Below the pieces are notes generated by a model. The model did no database searches and had not been told where the DNA came from. It saw nothing but the letters and a program-made list of their open reading frames with translations. Made by a program: the position numbers and the translations under genes. Shown in pieces: positions 18,620 through 29,596 of a stretch of DNA of 64,000 nt (positions within the stretch are counted from its first letter, which is position 1; the number at the start of each line of letters is the position of its first letter). Source of the DNA: a virus (taxonomy: Duplodnaviria > Caudoviricetes); the IMG/VR virus record IMGVR_UViG_3300028591_000070, positions 32,001-96,000 of that record. One strand, given 5' to 3'.

Positions 18620-18640
18620 TATTTTTACTAAGGTATTTAT

Positions 18641-19999
18641 ATGGATTTAAGTTTTAAATTACCCAGCCAGTTCGACTGGGTTGATTTGTCTAATGATGAA
18701 TTTAATGCTGCGCTTGAAGCAACAATTAAGACAAATGATAACCTCTTTATTCAAAGTAGAGCTGGTTGTGGAAAATCTTTGATTATTAAAATCGCATGTC
18801 AAATGCTTAAAAATGTGGCGGTTGTTGCTCCTACTGGTTCAGCAGCAGTCCAACTTCAAGCAGATGGAATTCCTTCTGGAACTTTGCACTCATTTTTCCA
18901 GTTACCACCTACCACTATTATAGATCAGGAAGCTATTTTTAAGCAGATGTTTAAAAAGCAGCGTGACCTCATTAAAAAATTGGATGTCATTATTATTGAT
19001 GAAGTTTCTATGATTTCTTCTCATATGTTTGATACTATCATTATGAAGTTGTCACATATTAAAAATGGTGACCTTCCGAGATTTATTTTATTTGGCGATG
19101 TTTTCCAGTTACCACCTGTTGTAAATGATAGAGATGATACAGTTTATGATTTCTATCAAAAGAATTATGATGGCAATATCATGTTCTTTAATGCAAATCT
19201 TTATGATGAAATGGGCTTCAAAGTTATTCAGATGAATCATTCATTTAGACAATCTGACCCAGTTTTCGCAGACAATATTCTAAAAATTGGATTAGGAACA
19301 GCAACACAAGAAACTTTAGATTATTTTAATCAGAAGGTAATTTCTTGGCCAGAATATGAGAAAAATCATAAAAAGTATATGTATCTTGCTTCAACTAGAA
19401 AAGAAGTAGGAACAATGAATGATATTTATCTCAAATGGGTAAAAGGAAAAGAAAAGACATTTAAGACTCAAAAGAGTCCAGGATTTCCAGACAATATTAA
19501 AGAATTTGATGAGGATATAACCTTAAAAGAAGGTGCTCAGGTTATTTTCACACAGAATAATAGAGCAGCTGGCCATGTAAATGGTTCTATCGGAATTATC
19601 ACTTCATTAGATGATATGGGAGCTGATGTAGAACTAGAAGATGGCACACATACAAGAGCTCAATATTCAAAGTTTGATATTTTTGAGCCATATATTGATG
19701 AAGCTACAGGATTGATTAAAAACAGAATTAAGGCGTGGGTGTGGTCAATCGATTGTAAAATCTGTAAGGCTATGACAATTAACAAATCACAAGGCAAGAC
19801 ATTTGAAGATGCTTATATTGCATTAGGCGGATGGATTCAACAAGGTGGTTTATATGTTGCATTATCAAGACTTACAGAACTAGATGGACTTGGTTTATCT
19901 AGACCTATTAAAATGGGAGACATGATTGTCAACAATGAGTCTAAGGAATTTTTTGCTAAGTTGGAAAAACAAAAGGCGTTGGAAGAAAATAAATCATAG
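18641..19999 (+). CDS. PIF1/RecD2-like SF1B helicase
   Basis: RAGCGKS, APTG, IIDEVSM, GDVFQLPPV, FRQ, TINKSQG, YVALSR. Confidence 0.93.
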   Translation: MDLSFKLPSQFDWVDLSNDEFNAALEATIKTNDNLFIQSRAGCGKSLIIKIACQMLKNVAVVAPTGSAAVQLQADGIPSGTLHSFFQLPPTTIIDQEAIFKQMFKKQRDLIKKLDVIIIDEVSMISSHMFDTIIMKLSHIKNGDLPRFILFGDVFQLPPVVNDRDDTVYDFYQKNYDGNIMFFNANLYDEMGFKVIQMNHSFRQSDPVFADNILKIGLGTATQETLDYFNQKVISWPEYEKNHKKYMYLASTRKEVGTMNDIYLKWVKGKEKTFKTQKSPGFPDNIKEFDEDITLKEGAQVIFTQNNRAAGHVNGSIGIITSLDDMGADVELEDGTHTRAQYSKFDIFEPYIDEATGLIKNRIKAWVWSIDCKICKAMTINKSQGKTFEDAYIALGGWIQQGGLYVALSRLTELDGLGLSRPIKMGDMIVNNESKEFFAKLEKQKALEENKS

Positions 20000-20165
20000 A
20001 GACTCTGATATAAGCCCTAAACTCATAATTACTGGAATTGCCAGACTTTTATTATTAGGTTTATTTCTATTTGGCTTTATTTATGGCGTTAAGATTTCAA
20101 ATGAATTATTTACTGCTGGGGTTTGTATAAGTGGGATTTTGTGTGTAATAATTGAGATGCATTAA
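19926..20165 (+). CDS. possible small two-TM membrane protein
   Basis: Two hydrophobic segments; start uncertain. Confidence 0.4.
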   Translation: MSTMSLRNFLLSWKNKRRWKKINHRDSDISPKLIITGIARLLLLGLFLFGFIYGVKISNELFTAGVCISGILCVIIEMH

Positions 20166-20192
20166 AAAAGAGGAGCTTAAAGCTCCTCTTTT
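20165..20192. terminator. bidirectional terminator
   Basis: aaaaagaggagctt-a-aagctcctctttt. Confidence 0.9.
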
Positions 20193-20200
20193 ATTTATTA

Positions 20201-22912
20201 CTACTCTTCGTAAATCTTGTGGTGGATAACTAATTCAACACCTTCAGAAAGTGGAGTAACAATAACTGTTACCTTAATTACGAAAAGACCTTGCTGTTTT
20301 GTAATCTTTGTATTTACACCAGCAATATCAATTTCGCACTTATGCCAGTACTTATTCTTCATATCTGTACGTTTAGCACAAATAGATTCAGTCTGACCTT
20401 GACGGATTCCAATGTAGTAATCATTGATAGGCTTCATAATCTGTGGAATCATTACATTGTCTCTGATTTCACGTTTTACAATTACGAAAGACATCGCATA
20501 ATTCAAATAAGACCAATCTGAAAGGAAGTTTGGATCCTGAACAGTCTTATTAGAAGTAATCATGATACCTTCTTCACCATTCTGAACAATAGGGTTGATA
20601 CCAATCTTGTCTAAGTGTTCATTTGCTTTCTGGTCAAATGCATAGCGAGCTTTATTTGATGTAAAGTCTGTCAACTGTCCACCAATACCACTCTCATTCT
20701 GCCAAGCACAAGGAACAAGACCATACATTCTGTCCATAGAACGTGCAAGCATCTTACCTACTGAACCGATTGGCTTTCTCCAGTATTTCTTAGCTGTAAT
20801 TGCATCTTTTACCTCAAACTCACCAGCGAACTGAGCATTTGAAGCTCCATTGATACGACCATTTACAACAACTTTATTAGCAATCTGTTCTGTAATAATA
20901 CCTTTCTCATTAGGAGTAAGAAGTTTAGGAGAGATAACAGTAGCAAATTCCTGAGCTCTGTTGATATCTGCTAATGCATCTTTTAATTCTTCACGACCTG
21001 TAGGTTCCATGAAAATCCATGCATCATCATAAATATCCATCTTAGCTTCTTCAAGAGCTTCCTTCATAATAGGAAGATATGAAGCATCCCAATCGCCACC
21101 CAACTTACCTAATTTAAGGTTTTTCTCCATAATAAGAGAAATATAACGGTCACCTTCGATAGTAAATACTTTCTTAGAAGGAGCTGAACCATCACCATCT
21201 ACATCAAATGGGTCAATTACACGATTGTATCTCCAGAATCCATTCTCATCTAAGTCACCAGTACCATCACCGAACTTCTTAACAACACGTACTTCAATAA
21301 ATGAAGCATCATTATCTTGAAGAATATCTTCGAGATAGTTTTCATTACCGTAAGAATTTACACCTGCAGGGTCCAAAGAACCAATGAATTCACCACCTGA
21401 AGTAGTTTTTCCTATATAAACTTCCTCTGAACATGTAATATCAATCTGGTTGAAGTTTGGATTTGTAAGAGCACCTGTACCATTTGCAACTGCAACTTCA
21501 TAAGCAGCTTTACCATCTGTAGAACCATAAAGGTCGATAAGTTCTTCCTCTGTATTCAATCTGATAAATGTGCTATCACCATCAATCTTGTAGATTTTAT
21601 GGAATAAGTTTGCGGCTTTTTCACCAACAATTGCATTCTGGAATGTAACGATTCTTGTTGAAAGGTCATCTGTTAATTCATAGAAGATTTCAGATGGGTC
21701 ATCATCATTGATGATACCAATATGCTGTGGCAATTTTTCTTCATCTTCTGGATCATAGAATACAACATACTTTGAGTTCTCAAGCTTATTGTTGATAACT
21801 GCTTTATCTGTTTCTGAAGCACTATCAGGAATCTTAACAAAGAGTTTTCCTTCTTCTTCAAATCTGTCTGTATCATATGGAGCATAAGGAAGGATTTTCT
21901 CATAGTAATATTTATCATAACCAATTGCTTTAAGGTTGATAGTTGTCTTTGTTTCTGTAGGAGATTTCTGCATGAAGTAAGCATATACATCATCATAAAT
22001 ATCTACTTGATAAGCAAACAATCCTGTGATTCCAAAAGCAATCTGGATAATGTCATCACCATCTGAAACATAACCATTGAGCAAGAGTTTTGCAATCTTT
22101 TCAGCATCGCCTTCTACTACATTATAAGCTGTTTTACCAATCCAATCCTTAAATGGGTTGAAGTCTGGCGAATTTTTCTTTTCATCAGAATATTTGAAAC
22201 CAAAATTTGTAAGAGTTGCAGTATTTCCTGAGAAAGACCAGAAACCTTCATTATCATCCCAGTAAGTAGTGTCTGTACCAGTAGGAGCAACTTTACCATT
22301 TCTCATTGTGTCATAGTCAATTGCTGTTACATCCAAAGAAGATGGCTTCTTAAATGTAAGTGTATAATCAGCAGTTGTCTCATCATGTTTCATTGAGAAA
22401 TAACCATAACCTGGTTGATCTGCAGCTGGTGTATAGTCTGGAATTGTAGGACCTGTTAATTCGATAGTTGTTTTTTTATTCTTATAGTCTGGTGAGAAAG
22501 CACTTTCTTGTGTTGGAACTACTTTTACCTTAAAAGCTCCACCTGAAGCTTCACGTAATTCATCTTTACTTTGAACTCTATAGAACTTATAAAGACCATT
22601 ACGAGTAATATAGAAACCACCCAAATATGATGGGTATGCTGAACTTCCTCCTGGTGGTGCAGAAATATAAATTGGATATTCTGCGTTGAATGCTTTAGCT
22701 TCGAGAAGATCTGGCCAATTGGCTGAACCTACACCCATAAGGGCATCGATTGCTCCTGCATTACCAGAAGGGAAATATGTTGCGCGAGTATTTCCTTTTG
22801 GGGCACGACATGCCATCCAACCGATAAGCTGTTCATCCTGAGTTTTAATTCTAAAGGATTCATCAATATCGATAAATTTACAGCGCCAAGTTTGTCTGTT
22901 TACAAATGCCAT
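20201..22912 (-). CDS. contractile tail sheath protein
   Basis: 903 aa; C-terminal LDKIGINPI..GIMITSNKTVQ..SDWSYLN..IMKPIND..FVIKVTVIVTP sheath signature; GGAGG SD. Confidence 0.85.
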   Translation of the reverse strand: MAFVNRQTWRCKFIDIDESFRIKTQDEQLIGWMACRAPKGNTRATYFPSGNAGAIDALMGVGSANWPDLLEAKAFNAEYPIYISAPPGGSSAYPSYLGGFYITRNGLYKFYRVQSKDELREASGGAFKVKVVPTQESAFSPDYKNKKTTIELTGPTIPDYTPAADQPGYGYFSMKHDETTADYTLTFKKPSSLDVTAIDYDTMRNGKVAPTGTDTTYWDDNEGFWSFSGNTATLTNFGFKYSDEKKNSPDFNPFKDWIGKTAYNVVEGDAEKIAKLLLNGYVSDGDDIIQIAFGITGLFAYQVDIYDDVYAYFMQKSPTETKTTINLKAIGYDKYYYEKILPYAPYDTDRFEEEGKLFVKIPDSASETDKAVINNKLENSKYVVFYDPEDEEKLPQHIGIINDDDPSEIFYELTDDLSTRIVTFQNAIVGEKAANLFHKIYKIDGDSTFIRLNTEEELIDLYGSTDGKAAYEVAVANGTGALTNPNFNQIDITCSEEVYIGKTTSGGEFIGSLDPAGVNSYGNENYLEDILQDNDASFIEVRVVKKFGDGTGDLDENGFWRYNRVIDPFDVDGDGSAPSKKVFTIEGDRYISLIMEKNLKLGKLGGDWDASYLPIMKEALEEAKMDIYDDAWIFMEPTGREELKDALADINRAQEFATVISPKLLTPNEKGIITEQIANKVVVNGRINGASNAQFAGEFEVKDAITAKKYWRKPIGSVGKMLARSMDRMYGLVPCAWQNESGIGGQLTDFTSNKARYAFDQKANEHLDKIGINPIVQNGEEGIMITSNKTVQDPNFLSDWSYLNYAMSFVIVKREIRDNVMIPQIMKPINDYYIGIRQGQTESICAKRTDMKNKYWHKCEIDIAGVNTKITKQQGLFVIKVTVIVTPLSEGVELVIHHKIYEE

Positions 22913-22964
22913 TATTTTCCTCCAAATAAATTATATTTAAAATTAGTAGTTAATTTTTTATAGA

Positions 22965-23492
22965 CTACTCTATAATACCTAATTGTCTCTGTTTAGCCTC
23001 TAATGCAGCCGCATCAATTTCGCCTATATCAATTCTCTGAATAGTTTTTATCAACTCAGACATCATTGTAAGATATTCTGGGTCTGTTAATAAAAACTTT
23101 TTAATATATTTCATTGTAATTTCAGTAGGATTAAACTTTGAAGCAATTTTTTCATAGAATTCTGGGTTTTCCATAAGTTTAGCAATCACTTCGTCTTGAT
23201 TTACAAAATTTTCAACGTCTACATAAAGCTTTCCATGTTTGTCATACTTAATTGTTTTTTCATCAATTTCAATATACTTGCTATGGAGTTTAAAATTATG
23301 TTGTATTTCATTTGTATCATGCATAGGAACAAGTTTATTTCCTAACAAGTTTGCAAATGTACAAATAACATCATTTAATTCCGAATCTGTTAGATGTTTT
23401 TTAAGATAAAACTTTTTATTTACAGGGTCCCTTTCGAAGTTACTGTCTAAGAAAGTGGCAACCATTTTATAGATTTCGTCTCTTGATACCAT
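22965..23492 (-). CDS. hypothetical protein
   Basis: 175-aa ORF with leaderless-type motif. Confidence 0.75.
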   Translation of the reverse strand: MVSRDEIYKMVATFLDSNFERDPVNKKFYLKKHLTDSELNDVICTFANLLGNKLVPMHDTNEIQHNFKLHSKYIEIDEKTIKYDKHGKLYVDVENFVNQDEVIAKLMENPEFYEKIASKFNPTEITMKYIKKFLLTDPEYLTMMSELIKTIQRIDIGEIDAAALEAKQRQLGIIE

Positions 23493-23524
23493 GTCTAAAT
23501 TAGTCTCAAAATACTAATTAGATT

Positions 23525-26500
23525 ATGGCACTAGATACTGAAAATATGAACGTTTATAAAGTAGAAACTGATAATGACATCTACAATGTAGTTAGAAACT
23601 ATGATATTAATAAACTTTTTGATAAGCTTATTGTGCCAAATGCTACCAAGGAACAACTTAAAGACAATCTTAAAAAGGCCTTAAATGAGAAAAATAATGA
23701 TGAAGCTTTAAGAATATTAAATTATCTTTTAAAATATAAACATAATTATTATAAAAGAAACGATGTTTTATTAGATGACGAAAGTCCTAATTCTCAAGAA
23801 AAAACAATTACTCTAAAAGACGCAGGCTATTATGAGATTATTATGGAGGCGGCTTCAGCTAAGTCTCCATGGTTTAACAAAGCCGGTGAAAATTTTGAAC
23901 ATTTTTTAGTTAAAGGGTCACCATGGACAGATAATATTCCTAATAAAAATTCTAATAATATTGATCTCATTTCAAACAGTCAAAAAAGTTTATATTTATT
24001 AAAAAATTTTAATTATGTTCTTATAAATAAAACTAATGATAATGTATTTGTAGTATATATTGGAAATTATGAATTAAATGATAAAGGATGTTTCTTATTT
24101 AAGAAATATCAAAAACAATATAATGAATTAAATCTTAGAAGTTTAACAACTCTTATAGAAGAGTTTCCTTATAAAACATATCAAAATATTGAAACTGCTA
24201 TATCTGGAATAGTTTCGTCCTTTGAAAAAATTAATACAGGCTTATTAGATTATTTTGAATATAATTCATCTGCTTTTGCAGCTTATGGTTCAAGACAAAT
24301 TTTTTTAGAAACTTTCAAAACACTTTTATATAGTAAAATAAATTTGGATCATAAGGTATACCTTAAAGGGTCTAAAGAAGATGAAAGTGATTTAAAAGAT
24401 ATTAAAGATAATATTATTTTTGATGATGTTTATGCTTGGACTCAATCTTCAGATGCTACATATGAGCAAAAACATTATTATGACAATTTTGTTCAAACTA
24501 ATAATCTTAGTCCTTCAGGAGAAAGTGCTTATTTATCAAAAATTATTAGATGTGATGCCAACTCTCCAGTAGCATATAAGCTCCAAGGATTTGAGGATGA
24601 CCAAAATACATACTTAAACTTAAAAGAAAAAGGTGAGATTCACATTTTAAATAAACCTACTCCTAAAGAAATAGATAAATCAAACTTTGATAAAAATTAT
24701 AGCTTATCTAAAAAGGTAGACCATAAAAATGTAGGCCTTATATATGGTTTTGATTATGATACATTTGGATTGAACTCTAGCTTTGAAAATTTTATTGGAG
24801 GTGGCAAAAAAGGATACGGCCCTCATATGAACCATCAAGATAATTGCTATTGGTGTAATGGAGAGGATGCTCACATTAAAATTAGATATTTAGGTGATAA
24901 TGATTCTATTCTTAAAAGGGTTTTTTTCCAGAATGGTTCATACCCTACTAGTGGAAAAAGAATTTCTCTTTCTGGAGAAAAGTCGGCATTAGATAATTTT
25001 AATTATATTGATGTGCCATCTGGATCTACATTAGAGTTTAAATACAAATGTTCTTCTTGTATTAAATCTTTAAACTTTGATAAATGTTTTGTCACAATTT
25101 TAAAAAATAATTCTTCAGTATATAATTCTAAATATTCAACTTATGGATATGAAGCAAAGTTAGATATTAAGACTGTAAATACAAATGACCTTTTATCAAA
25201 ATTGAATAAATCTGAAAATATTTTATTTAATCAGAGTAATTCTACAATAAATCTTTCAGAAATATATCAAGCAATTGGCAACAATAAATGGACTATGAGT
25301 GAGTTGTTTTTTAATAACTCACACCTTGTTGATGGCTGTGAAGATTTCATTGATTTTAAAATTGATAAAGATTGGAATTATTATACTATCTCATTTAAAG
25401 TCTTTGATAATATGATTCTGGACTTTGGTGACCTATCTACAGAAGTTGAATATTATAATAATGTTATTTTAGATTCAATAGATGAGTCGTCTGTATGTAA
25501 TGAACAATTACCACAAAAAGAATATTTTAATAAATCAAATACTCATGATGAAAAAAATTTTATTAAAGAACTTTCATTTACAAATGAACTTCAAGATAGA
25601 ATCTTAGATGATAACTTAAATACTCTCTACAATAAAAATTATAATAATACCGTTTCATTTGATTCTGATAATTCTGGTGGACAAACTATTAACAGTACCA
25701 TCTTTGATACAGAGAGAGATAAAAATGAAAGACTCGACAAATATCATGATTATAGAGTTTTCTGTGAGCTTTTTGAAAAAATTTATATTACTATAAAATC
25801 TGGTAATCAAATCAGTTTATTGCCTATTAACCATAATATTTCTTTTGGTGATTATGAACAAAAGAAATATGGCTATATTACAAACTTTTATTTTAAGAGA
25901 ACTGCTTTTTCAGAAGAACAGATTTATAATAAAAGAATTTCGGTTAAACAAGGGGAATTTATTTATTTTAAATGTGAATACAATTCATGCCGTGTAGAAA
26001 TTGATAAAGAATTATCTTCTATGCCTATAGATACAGTAGTATATCCAGTAAACTATGATCCATTTAAATGTAAATATTATCCTCTAAATCCTGCAGATTA
26101 TGATACAGAAGATGTATATAAAGGTTATCCAAAATCTCTTAATTCTGAAGGTAGAACTTTCCAATGGATTAGATTTACAACATCAAATTCATCATATGAT
26201 ATTATCATTTTCTTAAAAAAGATTACTGTTGAAATCAATTTTTTAAGTAATCTATTTGGTGAAGAAATTGTTACAAAAAATTTTAGTTCAAATAAGTTTG
26301 AACCAAATGAAAATTTCTCATTTAGTATAAAGCTTCCAAAAATATGCAGAATTTCAAATCTTAGATACTCTGAGAAAGAAACATATTCATACATTGAAGA
26401 TGAAAAAATCCTTAATCCGGTTTATTTTAATGAAAATTATAGTTATGAATCATTTATAAGCTTTTATTCTCAGAATTCAAAAAAAGTTATTAAAAACTTT

Positions 26501-29500
26501 AAAGATTATGTTTATAGTTTGCCCAATATCCTTTCATCTTATACTGGTTCTAGACAGATTTTTGAATTATTTAAAAATACATTTTCTTCATTAGGTAAGA
26601 AAACCTCTTATTTTTCTGATGAAACTATTTCATTCTCATTAAATGCAAAATATGCAGACTCACATATTAGAATTTCTGAAGATTATATTATAGGCTCTAC
26701 TCTCTTTGAAAACTTTCAAGGAAAATATTCAGATCATATTTTATGTGAGGGTATTTATCGTTTTGTAGGTAATAGTGGAAACACAGGAAATGGCGGAAAA
26801 GGTGGCGATATTATTCCAGAAAAAATTTATGCTACTATTCTATCTGGTAGTGGTGGTGGAGGCCTTTATGGTGGAGATAGTGGTAAAGCTTGCCAAAATA
26901 ATATGATAAGCCCTCTGGATGGAGAACATTGGATGTTTTCTTTCCAGGTTTGGATTGGAATTTATATTCCTCTAGATTTAGGATGGCTCGGAGATTATTC
27001 TTTTTGGCTTTTTGGCCCATTCAAGGTTCCAGATCCTCGTGTAACAAAGGGTTGGGTCGAATCTTCTGGTAAAACTAAAGGTACCATTGGTCTTACTTGT
27101 TGGACAGGAATTGGATCTGGTTGTGGTGGACAAGGTTTTTATGGAAAAGGTCACACTGCTGGAGATGGTTCTTGGTTTTTAGGTGTATTAAAAGATACTC
27201 TAGTAGATGAAGGTTCAGCTCCATTAAATTCATCATATTGGGAACGTGATGAAGATTGGCCTTTAAATAGAGCTTTTGAAAAATTAGTTAATAATGCAAA
27301 CAACGTTCAAAAAAGCTATTTCATCAATTGTTTTAGCTATGATAAAGCACAAACCAAAAATAATATTTTACAAGGTGCAGATTATTTTGGTAATAATTTT
27401 AACGAAAGATACAGAGGAGCTTTTTTTGATACTATTATTGAGATAAACTCAGAAAAAAATAATAAAATTGTTTTATTCTCTAATGTAGGTTCATCTGGAA
27501 ATAATGGACTAAATGGCGAAAATTCTAAAATGAATTCTTCAGGTGTTATGGAGTCGATGCCTAAAGATGGTATTTGCGGCCAGGAAGGAAGACCTACACA
27601 TTTTGAATTTGACTCAAAAAGTTATTATAGAGTTATTAGTAGTTCTTATTTTACTAATATAAATGATAGTATTATTTTGGATGACAATTTAAAATTAAAT
27701 AAGGGTTTATTATGTGGTGGTGTGCATGATGTACAACCTCAAAAATCTATAAAAATTCCTAAAAGTTTTAATTTCAAGGATGGGTCACCTATATTAGGAT
27801 GGATGAGTACTTATCATAAAGATGGACGAAAAGCAATTATTATGGCAAAAGATGAATGGAATAAAAATTATTTTAAAGTTGACACCTTCAAATGGGATCA
27901 TCCATTAAATCAAGCATCTTATATACCAAAAGAAGAAAATACATTTAGCTCTATTTTGTATGCATCTTTTACTTATTTTTGGTTTCAACTAGACTTTGAT
28001 CTTAGGATAATTGATATTGTTAATCCTCTTGCCATTAATATTTTAGAAGGTTTTAAATATTTAATAAATCCTCAAGATGATGGAGAATGTATGGGTGTAA
28101 AGTTTAGACCTAAATTATTACCATTTTGTTGGGACACTAAGTCACATACAGCTTATACTATAAGCAATTCAAATTCAAAGTTGTCATATTCTGATATAAA
28201 TGATGATCCATTTACTGAATATTCTCCTACAAAATATCTAAATTTTGATAATAATAATCATTTTAGATCTGAATATCCTTTTATATTTGAGTCAAATTCA
28301 AATATAGACACAGTAGAATTAAATAATATGTTTTATAAATCAGGTAAGTCAAAAGAAATTAATGAATCATATGGAAATCGTTATAATGCAGAATTAAAAA
28401 CCTCTATTTATAATTTTATAAATTGTTATAATAACTTACAAAAACCTATTTGGACAGATCAAAATATCTTTAAAAATGATACACTATGTGTAAGTAATAT
28501 TGGTCTTACTAGGACTAATAGTGGGGAAGGCCGTTTACTTAAATTAAAAGATGTAAATACAACTTCCCCAGCTATAGTACGAAATAGTTTTTCATTATCA
28601 AAAAGTACTGTTAGCATTATAAAAAATCATTTATATAAATGTATTTTCCAAATATCTAATGACATTTATGAATTACCTATAGATGGATTTGATGAAGGCT
28701 TATGTAATATTTTACCAAAGATTTTAACAAATAATATCACTATTATTAATGACTCATTTGTACCTTTTAATTATAATATCAGTAATATTGCTTATTCTTC
28801 AGAAGTATTTAGTAAAGTGTTTAATCGTCTTGATAGATATGGTAACCCTTTAAATTTTTATGATATTAGTGAGGCATTAGTTACAAAGTTTAAAAATACA
28901 GAAAATTTAATTACAGTATTTAGGATTTCTAAAAAATCTAAGTCAACTTATGAAATAAGCCATGTTAGTAGTAATCTTAATCGGAATAAATTTATTCTAG
29001 AAATAGTTGATACAAAAAGAGATAATCTTGTTCTTTATAATAGCCTTAAAAGTGAAACGAGCTCTATTCAAATTTCTAATATAAATGATTTATCTATTAA
29101 GACATCTTATAACAATTTGAAAATTAAAAAAGGTAATGACTATTATATTATTATTTATGATAAATATAATTATTTATATGGAAATATACAGCATAATAAT
29201 ATTATAGATGGCGTTGCAGAAACTGAAAAAACAAAATACTTAAATTATTTTTTGGAATATACTACTTCTAGAGGAAGAATTCCTGTTATAAGCACATGCT
29301 TGGATAGCTTAATATTCTTAGGAAGAAATCCAGAGAAATTAAATTCAAAAGATGCCGAAAATGTTAAATTAGCTTATATTTATAGTGGAAATATTTATAC
29401 TTATGGGTCTACTATTTATAATAGAGATACTCTAAAGCAAATTTCAAATATTAATTTATCATTAGACTTAGAGCCAATAGATGATAATTCAACTTGTGTT

Positions 29501-29578
29501 GCCTTAATCGACTATAAGCATCTTTGCCATGGCGATATAATTCTAAATCAATCAAACTCAGATTGGCTCAAGATTTAA
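23525..29578 (+). CDS. very large putative virion (baseplate/fibre) protein with Gly-rich segments
   Basis: 2017 aa, Asn-rich; GNSGNTGNGGKGG and SGSGGGG; lies between sheath and tube/gp25-like genes. Confidence 0.55.
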   Translation: MALDTENMNVYKVETDNDIYNVVRNYDINKLFDKLIVPNATKEQLKDNLKKALNEKNNDEALRILNYLLKYKHNYYKRNDVLLDDESPNSQEKTITLKDAGYYEIIMEAASAKSPWFNKAGENFEHFLVKGSPWTDNIPNKNSNNIDLISNSQKSLYLLKNFNYVLINKTNDNVFVVYIGNYELNDKGCFLFKKYQKQYNELNLRSLTTLIEEFPYKTYQNIETAISGIVSSFEKINTGLLDYFEYNSSAFAAYGSRQIFLETFKTLLYSKINLDHKVYLKGSKEDESDLKDIKDNIIFDDVYAWTQSSDATYEQKHYYDNFVQTNNLSPSGESAYLSKIIRCDANSPVAYKLQGFEDDQNTYLNLKEKGEIHILNKPTPKEIDKSNFDKNYSLSKKVDHKNVGLIYGFDYDTFGLNSSFENFIGGGKKGYGPHMNHQDNCYWCNGEDAHIKIRYLGDNDSILKRVFFQNGSYPTSGKRISLSGEKSALDNFNYIDVPSGSTLEFKYKCSSCIKSLNFDKCFVTILKNNSSVYNSKYSTYGYEAKLDIKTVNTNDLLSKLNKSENILFNQSNSTINLSEIYQAIGNNKWTMSELFFNNSHLVDGCEDFIDFKIDKDWNYYTISFKVFDNMILDFGDLSTEVEYYNNVILDSIDESSVCNEQLPQKEYFNKSNTHDEKNFIKELSFTNELQDRILDDNLNTLYNKNYNNTVSFDSDNSGGQTINSTIFDTERDKNERLDKYHDYRVFCELFEKIYITIKSGNQISLLPINHNISFGDYEQKKYGYITNFYFKRTAFSEEQIYNKRISVKQGEFIYFKCEYNSCRVEIDKELSSMPIDTVVYPVNYDPFKCKYYPLNPADYDTEDVYKGYPKSLNSEGRTFQWIRFTTSNSSYDIIIFLKKITVEINFLSNLFGEEIVTKNFSSNKFEPNENFSFSIKLPKICRISNLRYSEKETYSYIEDEKILNPVYFNENYSYESFISFYSQNSKKVIKNFKDYVYSLPNILSSYTGSRQIFELFKNTFSSLGKKTSYFSDETISFSLNAKYADSHIRISEDYIIGSTLFENFQGKYSDHILCEGIYRFVGNSGNTGNGGKGGDIIPEKIYATILSGSGGGGLYGGDSGKACQNNMISPLDGEHWMFSFQVWIGIYIPLDLGWLGDYSFWLFGPFKVPDPRVTKGWVESSGKTKGTIGLTCWTGIGSGCGGQGFYGKGHTAGDGSWFLGVLKDTLVDEGSAPLNSSYWERDEDWPLNRAFEKLVNNANNVQKSYFINCFSYDKAQTKNNILQGADYFGNNFNERYRGAFFDTIIEINSEKNNKIVLFSNVGSSGNNGLNGENSKMNSSGVMESMPKDGICGQEGRPTHFEFDSKSYYRVISSSYFTNINDSIILDDNLKLNKGLLCGGVHDVQPQKSIKIPKSFNFKDGSPILGWMSTYHKDGRKAIIMAKDEWNKNYFKVDTFKWDHPLNQASYIPKEENTFSSILYASFTYFWFQLDFDLRIIDIVNPLAINILEGFKYLINPQDDGECMGVKFRPKLLPFCWDTKSHTAYTISNSNSKLSYSDINDDPFTEYSPTKYLNFDNNNHFRSEYPFIFESNSNIDTVELNNMFYKSGKSKEINESYGNRYNAELKTSIYNFINCYNNLQKPIWTDQNIFKNDTLCVSNIGLTRTNSGEGRLLKLKDVNTTSPAIVRNSFSLSKSTVSIIKNHLYKCIFQISNDIYELPIDGFDEGLCNILPKILTNNITIINDSFVPFNYNISNIAYSSEVFSKVFNRLDRYGNPLNFYDISEALVTKFKNTENLITVFRISKKSKSTYEISHVSSNLNRNKFILEIVDTKRDNLVLYNSLKSETSSIQISNINDLSIKTSYNNLKIKKGNDYYIIIYDKYNYLYGNIQHNNIIDGVAETEKTKYLNYFLEYTTSRGRIPVISTCLDSLIFLGRNPEKLNSKDAENVKLAYIYSGNIYTYGSTIYNRDTLKQISNINLSLDLEPIDDNSTCVALIDYKHLCHGDIILNQSNSDWLKI

Positions 29579-29596
29579 TTTACTAATTTAATAGAT

